DNA of 64,000 bases. It comes from Takakia lepidozioides (taxonomy: Eukaryota; Plantae; Bryophyta). The notes under the pieces were generated by a model, which was not told the origin of the DNA, did not search any database, and was given only the letters and a program-made list of their open reading frames with translations. This document shows, piece after piece, positions 47,900 to 59,459 of the stretch (position 1 is the stretch's first letter; every line of letters starts with the position of its first letter). The translations under genes and the position numbers were made by a program. Location of the stretch: contig CM060732.1 of NCBI GenBank assembly GCA_030704615.1, positions 26,350,001 to 26,414,000 of the forward strand, read 5' to 3'.

Positions 47900-50503
47900 G
47901 GGGGTTACACAGCCCGACACAGCTTCGCACAGCCAGTCACAGCCCGACACAGCCCGACATAGCTTGACACAGCCTGTCACAGTACATGGGGAACAGTTAT
48001 CATTGACAGGGAACGACTGTGAGAGAACAACATCTGCAGTGGGAACGTGTTACTTCAGGGGTGACGGTTAGTTAGTTAGGTGGTTAGAACAGCTTGCGGG
48101 TAGATTAGGAGAGCGGCAACGGGAAGGGGATCACTTCTGGAGGAGGGCGACTTGTGGATGGGAGGAAGAAACGTAACGGAGAGCGGGAAATAATGAAAAA
48201 CAGATGATGATTTGAATGAGGCTTAGTTCATGCAAGTTGTAGAATTATACAGTAGGATAGAATAGAGACACCATGGCATAGGCATGATACATGATTAATC
48301 TTAATCCGATACTGAATCGATACAAACATACTGTGTAGAGAGACACGAGAGAAGCTGTGGAATGAATGCATGATTAACTGGAACTTAGTAGATACTAAAG
48401 CAATCTGATGCTTCAGTATACAGGGTAAGGTAAATTGATAACATGAAGGCAAGAAGGAATACAAATGGGAAGCACAACCATGATTCATTAGCTGCAGGTC
48501 ATGAGTGATTGTTCTGAGTGGGCTGAGTGCTTAGAGATATCCAACTCTTCTATCTTGGAGTTTCCACCTCGGATAGCGAAGGGATGGGTGAGTAAGAGCC
48601 GCTCGACATTTGGCGACCATACTGGGGAACTGGGTCATGAACAACCAGATGTGACAGGCATTTGGTGGGATCATGGTGGTTGGAGAATTAAAGAATTTGA
48701 TGTGAATCAAATTCCCTATGAAACTGAGAAGGAAAGATTGTCCAAACAATTCTTTCAAAGGTTCTTGGAATTGCCAGACGGTTGTAAAGAAAACATTATT
48801 AAGAGAGTGCGTGATGTTGACCCTGAGTGGGGTCTGGAGAAAGGAGTGATAAAGATTTATCAGGTGGCCTGTAGAGGAAGAGCACGTTGGTTACCAACAC
48901 TGGTTTATGTGATAGCATTGCTATCCATTAAGCGAGTAGAGTTTGAAGGTTGGGAGGAAAGGAAGGTGAATGTTTATACTCATATGCATGAAGAGCTTGT
49001 ACTGGTAAAGAATTGGATTCCAAAGGATATTCTGTGGATCAAACTCACACCAAGAACAGCTTTCCCGACTTGTTTGCCATATGGTTATATGGTAACGAAG
49101 ACTTCTAGTATAGCCAAGGGTGCATTGAAGCTTAAAAGAAACCCGGGCATATACGAGAGATACTTTAGAAGAGAGTTTTGGTTATTGCCACATTAAAGAA
49201 ATGAAAGACATGGGACATGTGTGATGAAAGAGAAGCTAGACTCCAGAGATATTCAACAAAAAGAGAAAGTTATCTGAAAGCTAATAATACATATCTTTGG
49301 GAGAGAGGATTAGACATAGGGGAATCATCTGGACACCATTAAGATCAGAGAGTACATCACCCATACCGGGAGAACTAGAGTTGGATGCCACTCCTTCTTT
49401 TTCTTTGCAAGAAAGATTAAGGGAATTGGTACGGGAAGAAGATCAACCACGAGGTGAAAGATCTGAGGTACATCCCTGGATAAAAGATTTGACAGAAATC
49501 TTTGATAAGAGTTGGCATGGAACACCAAAAACAGGAACTCCAGTTTCTGAAACGAAAGACGAAGAAGGAGGAGAGGATGTGGCAGAGCCAACAGAGAGTT
49601 CAGACTCTCCAACACCATTGCAATTGAGTTACATGAGTGAAGAAGAAGAAACCCAAGGGCAGAACTTGGAAGATAAAAACAGAGAGAAGAAATTGGAAGA
49701 GGAAGAGTATGAAGAAGTAGACCCAACAACTGAGGTTGAGACTATAACCAAGACATCCCAACCCATTGGACCTGGGGGGGTGACACAGCCCCACACAGCC
49801 CGACACAGCTTTACACAGCCAGTCACAGCCGACACAGCCCGACACAGCCCGCCTCAGCTTCACACAGCCGACACAGCCCGCCACAGCTTTACACAGTCTG
49901 CCACAGCTTCGCACAGCCAGTCACAGCCAACACAGCCCGACACAGCCCGCCACAGCTTCGCACAGCCGACACAGCCAGTCACAGCTCGGCACAGCTTGAC
50001 ACAGCCTGTCACAGTACATAGGGAACAGTTATCATTGGCAGGGAATGACTGTGAGGGATGACGGTTAATTAGTTAGGTGGTTAGAACAGCTTGGGGGCAG
50101 ATAATGAAAGCGGCAACGGAAAGAATGACACTTCACGGGGGGGGGGCGCTTCTGGGGAAAGAGGAGAGGAGATCAGGCGGAGAGCAAGAACGAGAGCACG
50201 GAGTAGGAGGAGAGATGAACAGTAGATGCTTTATTCCATGCAGAGCTGTAGTGATACTTAGGGCGGATTAGAGTCATTTGACATTGGCCTAGTACCTGAT
50301 AAATCGTAATCTGATACTTATTCGATACAAGCACACTGTGTAGAGAGACATGAGTGAAGCTGTGAAATGAATGCATGATTAATTAGAATTAAGTAGATAC
50401 TGAAGCAATCTGATGCTTCAGTATCAGATAAGGTGAATTGATAACATGAAGGCAAGAAGGAATACAAATGGGAAGCACAACCATGACTCACTAGCTGTAG
50501 GTC
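47900..50503 (+). repeat. Two ~600-730-bp direct repeats (47900-48500; 49775-50503) starting with CACAGCC arrays and flanking two ORFs
   Basis: Shared GGGAACAGTTATCATT...GGAAGCACAACCATGA..CA.TAGCTG.AGGTCA; ORFs 48501-49196 and 49297-~49775 lie between them. Confidence 0.8.
48501..49196 (+). CDS. Hypothetical 231-aa protein, probably retroelement-associated
   Basis: Open frame whose ATG lies exactly at the end of the direct repeat; no recognisable domain. Confidence 0.4.
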   Translation: MSDCSEWAECLEISNSSILEFPPRIAKGWVSKSRSTFGDHTGELGHEQPDVTGIWWDHGGWRIKEFDVNQIPYETEKERLSKQFFQRFLELPDGCKENIIKRVRDVDPEWGLEKGVIKIYQVACRGRARWLPTLVYVIALLSIKRVEFEGWEERKVNVYTHMHEELVLVKNWIPKDILWIKLTPRTAFPTCLPYGYMVTKTSSIAKGALKLKRNPGIYERYFRREFWLLPH

Positions 50504-51441
50504 AGGTCAAGGCGGCACCCGGTGCTTCGAAAGGAAAAGCGGGTGGAGCGGCCTATGGCGGACAGAAGACAGCCCTCCCTTCGATTTCCACGTGCCATTG
50601 TCGCCGCGTGGCCTATCCCACTTCTTTTCCGGTCGGAAGGAGTCACCTTCCCGCCGGGTCTTCTTGTGGTTCAGCTCCGTACGGCCTTGTCTTTCACCCT
50701 TAGGGACATCCGAGAAACATTCAGCCCTCTCAATTGCCTCGTTCAAAGTCTTAGGTGGCTTTTCCTCCAACTTCCGTCTGGCCCATGGGGCAGCACATTG
50801 AAAGCCCGGACATATCCCCGAATGTCATCTGTTTGTTTCAAATTCCTCATCTTGTCCCGGGCGAGCCAGGATGCGTTGAGGGGCACAAACTGCCTTTTCA
50901 TCAATTCATTGAACCCACTCCAGTTCAAGGTTTCCGGGCTTGGACCTCGGTCGTGAAGGCGTTTCTGCCACCATTGTTGAGCATAGCCCCTCAAATAGGT
51001 GGGAGCCACTTCCACCCGATCCTCGTCACTCAACTTGGCCGCCCGGAAGTACTGCTCTAGCTCCAAGAGCCAGGTGTTGAGTGCCTTCCGATTTTGGACA
51101 CCCTCGAAGGTGCCGAGTTCCTTCGGCTTCACCTTAAACTTTGCCTTAGTGGAAGTGGCATTAGTCGCCTTCAACACGTCTTTCAACGTCCCACCAAATT
51201 GCGCCAACAACCCTTCCCAAAAGGCTGCCGGCATGGGAGGCATCTGTTGGTCGGTCGGAGCTCTCTGGGATTCCTCAGGCTCCGACTCCTCAGATTCCTC
51301 CCGCTCTTGAGCGGCCTCGTTTTCGGAAACATGCATCGCTTCCTCAAACGGCCGCCTCGGTGACACGTCGCCCCCATCGGGCTCACCAAGATCATCATCT
51401 CTTGGGCCGTTCCGCTTTCGCTTTGGCTTGCCCGACCCCAT
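50504..51441 (-). mobile_element. Ty3/gypsy gag (truncated, internal deletion)
   Basis: TFEG...WLLELEQYF...YLRGYAQQWW...WSGFNELMKRQF...LKQTDDIRGY. Confidence 0.9.
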
Positions 51442-51482
51442 GATGAGGCCAATCCCAAGGACGATCGCGTACTGAACTCTAA

Positions 51483-51494
51483 GCTCTGATACCA
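51483..51494 (-). promoter_or_regulatory. Primer-binding site for tRNA-iMet
   Basis: TGGTATCAGAGC 2 nt after the LTR end. Confidence 0.92.
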
Positions 51495-51496
51495 AG

Positions 51497-52192
51497 TGTC
51501 GCGCACCTCACTTCGGTAAGCTCCCCCCTCAAGTCATAGTTACTCGCCTGATGCGCGCGCCTAACTCCCAACCCGGCCGTCGGGCCAACTTGGAGCTTCG
51601 GCTGCTCACCGGGACATAACGGTCCCCCTTTGATCTCCCAAGGAACCCTCCAACGGTTTGGTACCAGCGGAATTCCCTTTGGTAGTTGGCAGTCCGGAAC
51701 AGCTCCCCACTCTTTGGTCGCTTTCCGGCTCGCTCGCTTACTCACTAGCTTTTGGTCACCAAAGGGCTTGCACCGTTCTCGGGGTTACTACTCCCTATAT
51801 ATACTTCTGTAGCTGTCCGCGGGGGTTTCACAAACAACCATGCCATTTTATGGCAAACCACCACGAACACCCTCGACTCCCGGTGATGAGTCGCGGTGAG
51901 TCTTGGCCCACCCACCACGGCCCCTATGGACCGTGATGAGTCCCAAGACTCCCCACGACTCCCACCACGAGGTCTCCGCCCCAGGGTGAGTCCTATGCCA
52001 CCCCGACTAAGTCCCGCTAAGCTACCACCACACCGCAACCCGGTGTGCGGGGCTCCACCTAGTGAGCGCCTCCGCCTCCAAGGCACTCAAGGGTGCTTCA
52101 GCCCCCTATACCTATCGCTGCCACTACCCCCACCACAGGGGCAGCCCCTCTTGTGTCCCGACCCCCTGCCCTCAAGGCAAAGGGCCGCGACA
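51497..52192 (-). mobile_element. Complete 5' LTR (696 bp)
   Basis: TGTCGCG...CGCGACA termini, adjacent PBS, and homology to 1-445. Confidence 0.92.
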
Positions 52193-52454
52193 CATGGAGT
52201 CATAAGATTCCATGAAACGTCGTCCACGTGTAGTCAAACATATCACACTAGTCATATAAACCATCCCTGTCATCATGGTCAATAATGTTTGACCAATGCT
52301 CCCTAACTTTCCGGAGTCATGTAGTGATATCCATTACTACAAAGTCATAAAACTAAAACTGTAATGCATTTCAGCGCTCTGTAGTCATGTATCTAGTGCA
52401 ATTTTTATGACTCCGCCAAAGCCGTAGTCCTAAAAACGCTCATCTCTTGTAGTG
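52193..52454. mobile_element. CACTA element terminal fragment
   Basis: Ends ...TTGTAGTG (reverse complement of CACTACAA) with GTCAT/ATGAC subterminal motifs. Confidence 0.65.
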
Positions 52455-55400
52455 AATTAAGGCAGAAGCTTGGTCTAAGTAACATGAAACCAGCCCCATT
52501 TACAGTAACAATGGCAGATCAAAGAAGTGTACAGCCATTGGGATTGATAAGAGGAGTTAAGATACAGATTCAAAAGATGATCTTTATGATCACAGTAACT
52601 GTGTTAAAAATGGATGAAGTCATGGAAGCTTACTCCTTATTGTTGGGACGTCCGTGGCTGAAACAGGCCAGGATATTCCATGACTGGAATTCCCAGTTAC
52701 TAATTGTGCATAATGGGATGCACAAGATACAAATTACCACTAAGAAATCTAGTAGATTACCTGCTACGAGAAAACCTCGAGGGGTCAGGGAGTATGACTG
52801 GAGGGGAGGACTGGATGAGGAGCAGGAAGCTACCCTGTTCGCTGCACACCCAGAGTGGGAACAGGTTGCAGAGATGCAGCTGGAAGGCCTAAGTTGTTTA
52901 AAAGGTATCTGCTGTGGTGTAGTGACAGCAACACCAATTGAAGGAGAAATAAGCAGTTACCCACCACATTTTTATGAAGAAAGAGAAGGAGAAATGGAAA
53001 TCCTAGAGGAACCAGCCACTGTGAGTTTACAGGATGAAGTGGTGATTGGTTGGACAATCACAGCTGATGAGCAGGTGAGAGAAGTGAATGTGGGAACTGA
53101 AGAGGAACCGAGGATGGTGAAGGTAGGGGCTGATTTGGAGCCAAAATTCTTTGAGGAAGCTAAGAGTTTGTTCATCAAATACAGAGATGTATTTGCTTGG
53201 AGCTACGAGGATCTAAAAGGGATACCACCTGAGATCTGTTAGCATAAGATTGAATTGGAACCAGGGTCAGTACCAATCAAACAGGCAAGGTACAGAATGA
53301 ATCCCAACTATGCACAGAAGGTTGGAGAAGAGATCAAGAAGTTGGCTGAGGCTAAGTTTATATACCCGATAGAGTATACAACTTGGTTGTCACCCATTGT
53401 GATAGTTCCCAAGAAGAATGGTAAACTGAGAGTTTGTGTGAACTATAAGAAGTTGAATGCTTGCACGAAGAAAGATCCTTTTCCTTTGCCATTCACAGAA
53501 GCGGTATTGGACACTGTGGCAGGCCATGAGATGTACTCATTCATGGATGGCTTCAGTGGTTATAATCAATGCAAGTGGCAGAAGAAGACCAGGGAAAGAC
53601 GGCTTTCATCATAGACTGGGGTGCTTATGCATACAAAGTCATGCCTTTTGGACTTTGTAATGCACCAGCAACCTTTCAGAGAGTGATAAGTGAATATTTT
53701 CATGAGTATCTGGATGATTTCATGCAGGTGTTCTTGGATGATTTCAGTGTGTATAGCTCAAAGAATGAGCACTTGCATAAATTAGAGTTATGTTTGGCCA
53801 GATGCAGGATGAGAGGTCTGGGCCTGAATCCAGAGAAGTGTACTTTCTGTGTGAACTCAGGGGTGCTTTTGGGACACATTGTGTGTAAGAGGGGACTTCT
53901 TGTGGATCCTAGGAAGACAGAGGCCATTAAAGCCTCTCCACCACCAGTAAATGTTAAGAGTCTAAGGAGATTCCTTGGACAAACCAGTTATTACAAAAGA
54001 TTTGTCAGACGGTATGCACAGATAGCAACACCATTGAGCAAGCTTTTGAAGAAAGATGCAGTGTTTGCATGGACAGCTGAATGTCAACAGGCTTTTGAGG
54101 AACTTACATTGTCAGTAACAACTACACCTGTGCTGATTAACCCTCACTGGCATGTAGTATTTCATGTTCACTGTGATGCCTCAGGAGAAGCGTTGGGAGC
54201 GGTGTTAGCCCAAAATGTTACAGGAAATATAGATTCACCTGTGTACTATGCTAGCAGGTTGATGAACAGTGCTGAAAGGAACTATAGCACAACTGAAAGA
54301 GAAGCACTGGCAATGATTTATGCAGTCAAGAAATTCAGGCATTACCTATTGGGAAGAAAGTTTATGTTTTATGTGGATCACCAGGCTCTGATATATCTAG
54401 TGAACAAACCTTTGATAAGTGGAAGGATATCGAGGTGGTTAATAATCTTGCACGAGTTTGAGTTCGAAGTTGTTTACAAGTCTGGCCGTTTGCATCTTGT
54501 GGCAGATCATTTGTCACGCCTAACAACAGGAGAGCCCGCCACAGGAGTAGACGACCAATTACCTGATGCGAGTTTATTTGCAATGGAGGTGCAAGGAAGT
54601 GCAGATGAATGGTTAGATTGGCAGTGGCCAATCAGATACTACCTTACTCATGGTCAGTGCCCACCTAGCTATGGTAAGGAGCAGAGGAAGAGAATCGCTA
54701 TCAAGGCTTTACCTTATACTATGGTAGGAGGCAGAATGTATAAACTAGGACCTGATGGAGTACTTAAACGATGTTTGTACCACCATGAAGTAAATAAAGT
54801 TTTGGAGGAAGTTCATAAAGGAGTGGCTGGAGGTCATTTTGGAGAAGAGACTACCGGTAGGAAGATACTACTTGCAGGTTACTGGTGGCCTACTTTGTTC
54901 AAAGATGTACACAAGTATTGTCAGAGCTGAGATGAATGTCAGAGGCTAGGACCTTTGCAGAGATCTGGGAAGATGGCTTTGCATCCTACGATGCCTACTG
55001 AACCATTTCAGAAATGGGGACTAGATTTTGTTGGACCAATTAACCCACTGATCAAGAATACACAGAACAAGTACAGAATTACAGCCACTGATTAATGAGA
55101 CCATTGCTCTATTGACTAAAGAGTTCATGATTGTGCATAGGAAGAGTACAACGTATTACCCACAGGGTAATGGGCAGGCAGAGGCTACCAACAAAATACT
55201 ATGTATTATCTTGGCTAAGATAGTCAATGCAAACAGAACGGATTGCGATACAAAGCTGCTGACAGCTTTGTGGTCATACAGGACTTCATATAAAGTCACC
55301 ACTAAGTATACACCATTCCAATTAGTTTATGGTATTGAAGCTTTACTTCTAGTGGAATTCTTGTTACCTACCATGAGAACGGAATGGGGAAAAAGAATGG

Positions 55401-55860
55401 AATTGGAAGATTCAATTAAGGTCAGGAAACATGAATTATACCATGTGGAAGAAGTACGTGCTGATGCAGCTGATAACATGACCAGAATTCAGATGAAGAG
55501 GAAGGAACAGTTTGATGAAGGCAAATTAAAGACTTTTAAGACGGGGGATTTGGTTCTCTGGTTGCAGAAGAAGGGGAAGATTAAAGCTTCTAAGCTTAAA
55601 TCACCATGGAAAGGACCTTATGTCATACAGAAGATGTATGATAACAACACAGCCATGTTACAAACCATTAACAAAGAGATGCTGGGAAGAGTCAATGCCA
55701 ATAAGTTGAACGGGTACAGTGGTATTCATGACAAACCATTGCAGCACGATTTGCATGTTGAAACGCAGAAGCAGTCACGGGTTGCGCCAGTGATATCAAC
55801 GGAGTATGGAGCACTTGTCGCTAAGCCGAGCATATATGACCAGGGCGGGAACTACAGGTG
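52455..55860 (+). mobile_element. Second Ty3/gypsy family pol: protease end-RT-RNaseH-integrase (degenerate)
   Basis: LLLGRPWL, MDGFSGYNQ, MPFGLCNAPATFQR, VFLDDF, HCDAS, TEREALA, GHFG, WGLDF, YPQGNGQAE, WKGPY. Confidence 0.95.
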
Positions 55861-55865
55861 TTCGC

Positions 55866-56050
55866 ATACCTATCACAGCCCATCACAGTGTGACACAGCC
55901 TATCACAGCCCAGCACAGTGTGACACAGCCTATCACAGCCCATCACAGTGTGGCACAGCCTATCACAGCCCATCACAGTGTGACACAGCCTATCACAGCC
56001 CATCACAGTGCCACACAGCCTATCACAGCTCAACACAGCCTACCGGGGTT
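55866..56050. repeat. 30-bp tandem repeat (TATCACAGCCCATCACAGTGTGACACAGCC)
   Basis: About 6 near-identical units after the integrase; same CACAGCC core as 47900 and 49775. Confidence 0.9.
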
Positions 56051-59000
56051 ACACAGTCCATATGATCAATGACAGGTGGACGTGGGTTAACATCTGGAGA
56101 GTGGCCGGCGGAAAAGTGGACGGAGGCAGGTTTAGAAATGGACACGTGGACGCCAGGGCGGGACACACAGCCGGACATGAATTGCAAGAACGAGTGTCAT
56201 CAAGAAAGAAGACAAAATTGGCCCTCAAAGTACCTACCCGGTACAACAACTAATTGTGGGCCCATTAATGCATTCAGTGCCAGGGTAACGGAACCCTTTT
56301 CGAGTTCAGAAAAGGGAAACCAATGCCACATGTGCTATCCTAGTGGACAGTCCAGGGGGGAAAATCCACGGAAGGGAATTAAATTACAAAACCAATCACA
56401 GAGCCAACAGCCAATCATGAGCCAGAATTACCTGCACAGGGTATCTTCCAGGAAGCAAAATCAAGAATTTAGAGGGATTCTGAGCGCAAGAGTCGGCGTC
56501 GTTCCAAGTAACGGGCGTCTCGACGGGAGAGACAATCAAAGCTATAGCTTTGAAGCTATGGCGGAAATAACAGACTACACTCTCGCATTACTACTTACGC
56601 AGTGGCACAAGGACGGACGAACGAAGAGTACCTTTTCACTAAATCGATACTTGCAAGCCCCACAGGCTTACAAACACTTACCCATTTCATTCTGCGCCAA
56701 CCATACTTTTATGCTTTGTGACCTGCAGGCGTTTCTTCTGTTGTTACAACCAAAACCTTTTTGTTTGTCTAGAATGAAGAGAGTGAGAGGAATGGAGGAT
56801 ATCAGGGTGAAGAGCACCACAATCTTACAGAAGCAAACGATTGCTGCACCACAGGCGGTGCAGCTACTGAAGGAGCTGCGATTGGATGGATTGCTACGCA
56901 AGGACTGGTCCTTGCATCATCGGCAGTTCATGATACAATTTCTTCAGAACTTTGAGCCTCGGACAGGACTTACTCAGGTGAGGGGAGTAGATATAGAAAT
57001 TACTCCCCAGTACCTGCAACAAATTATTTGATTTGTCATCAGGACATGTGGATGTGGATGAGCACAGGGCAAGATTGCAGATAGGGAATCTGTTCCAAGA
57101 AGGGAGTTTCTTTAAAACTCAAGGTTTTGCTTGTACCAAAGCCGAGTACCCAGGGCTTAGAGAAGTTGGCCAAATCTTGAACGTTCTGTTTGCCATGAAA
57201 CAGAACCAACAATATTTGAGCAGGTCATTCACAGAGGAGATCCTGAAAGCTTTAAGGGGAGAGGATGTCGCTTGGGCGGAGTTAATGTACAACGGATTGG
57301 TGGACGAGATGAAGAGGTTACATGGCACTGCTGCTAAGTCTCCGATCATTGTGTCCGGTCCAATCATTGCTCAAATAATTCTTGATTCTTGCATACTTGA
57401 TACTCGGAGATGGGAGTGTTTGAGGCAAAAACCACTGCAATTGAAGAGCAAGGCTCTTCACACAGTGAGGGTGGACTGGCAGTGCAACACTAGTCTAAGA
57501 GACAAAGGCGGGGTAAGATTGTAGTGGCGGATCCACTGGCTTCATGGAAACCGCACGATAATGTTTCCCAAGCTCTTGTGCAGGAAGGGGCACAGCAGCA
57601 CAGAGAGCTGCTACTATTGGAAGCAGGGCCTTCAGAGAGGGAAGAGGAAGTCACTTCGATATCACAGCCACCACAACCAATTGACTCTGTTGTTTTAGAG
57701 GTTCCACAGTTAGTATATGCTGTGGCAACACCCCCAATTGCTTTGAAAGGAGAAAGGTTGGACATTCCCACTACAGAGCAGGTCGTGGCCGAAATTGAGA
57801 AGGGTGACCTTCTCTATGAAAACTCTGGCTTGGTAAGAGAATCAGTAATTCCAGAGGTGCAGAGGTTGTCCAGGGGAAACCCTGCTGTGCATGTAATACC
57901 CACACCTGTGACGGAGGTGCCAAGGCTAGAATATCAAGACATTGAAGCATTTGTGGCGGATGAGGTGGTTCAGGAAGAAAATCTGGTGGGGCAATGGCCT
58001 GAATGGTTCGTAAGGCATCACACTGTTGAGGATAAGGGAGAACAGCAGCAAACTCACCATGATGACCCTCAACAGGCCATGCTTATGAGTTCCATAAGCA
58101 GGACACTTAATTTGTTGGGCACTTATGTGAAATCCCATGTTCCATCTACCCAATTGGCAGCTTTGAGGGAGGAACTCAAGAAGGAGTTTGAGGCTCGACT
58201 TGCCACTGAGTGTGCAAACAAGGTCGATGAGGAGGTCACTCTCAAGTTACAGCAAGAGTTAGAGGATACAAAAAGCTGCTTTGCAGTTGGCCAAAGAACA
58301 TTCACTACAACAAATTGCGGCTTTTACATCTCTGTGTTATGACTGCAAATGCAGTCATGAAAACCATTTACGACTTCCTGACTCTGAAGACGTAAAGCCC
58401 TAGTCAGTTGTGACATGGCAGATATGACTCTCCAGGCTGGCTGTGACGTGGCGCCTGAGCAGCTGTGGGGGTAGTCATACACACTGGCTTTACTGAATGA
58501 CTGAACGGACAGTGTAGTCCATGTCAGCAGCTGTGCAAGAGTGGCACGTGCTCGATACAGGAAATGACACGTGGCAGAATGTTCGCTCTCCATGACTACA
58601 GGCGTGCTAATCCGGTTGCAACACGTTGCGCATTGTAATTTTTACACGTGGTCCCTCAGCAGATTGACATGTGTCATGATGGGTGCTTTTTTGGGTTTAT
58701 TGCTATTTTTTTGCATATTTGTATTTCTGCCACGTGATGTAGTACTATTGAAGAGTGAAAATAGATGTAGTCATTATTATAACTATGATAGCAGTCGTGT
58801 ACATGTCTATTACAACAATGAAATATAATATATAATACAAAGATAACAAGGCAGCAAGACATAATTGCAACAAGCTGAGCAAAACCAAGAGATTGTACAC
58901 CATCTCTATTTACCAATCTATTTATCATTATCATTTTTGTCGCGGTCTAAAAATACATAAAATAGTCACATGTTCTCATGTGAATTATATTGTCTAACTA

Positions 59001-59459
59001 TAACACTTTGAAAAGTGTTCACCTAGAATCTTCTAACTACTCATGTATTCCATCAATCTGCAACCCATCAAAAACTAAGGCTTGCATGACTTGCATTACT
59101 ACAGCAAGGACATCTGTTTGTTTTCCAAGTTCTTGCATAAGATGCACCAACCAACATTGCATTGTGAGACACTCACTCGCTATACTCCAAAGCGTCTAGG
59201 GAAGGTCACTGAGCAACCTGCCAAGGCAGAAACAATTAAGAGAATTATCTAATACCATATATGAAAAACCAATGCCAGTGTTGTTTATGGTAACTTTTAT
59301 CCCATGGCCTCGTAAACAAACCAAAGCAAAAAGGTTGGTGTGTGTTGGCAAAGTCGTCAGATACTTCACAAAGAAACATGCACTAAAAATGAGAGCCGGG
59401 AGGATATGAAGGTCACTCACGTTTATACAAAGACGTCTTGCCCATTGCCCAACACACTG

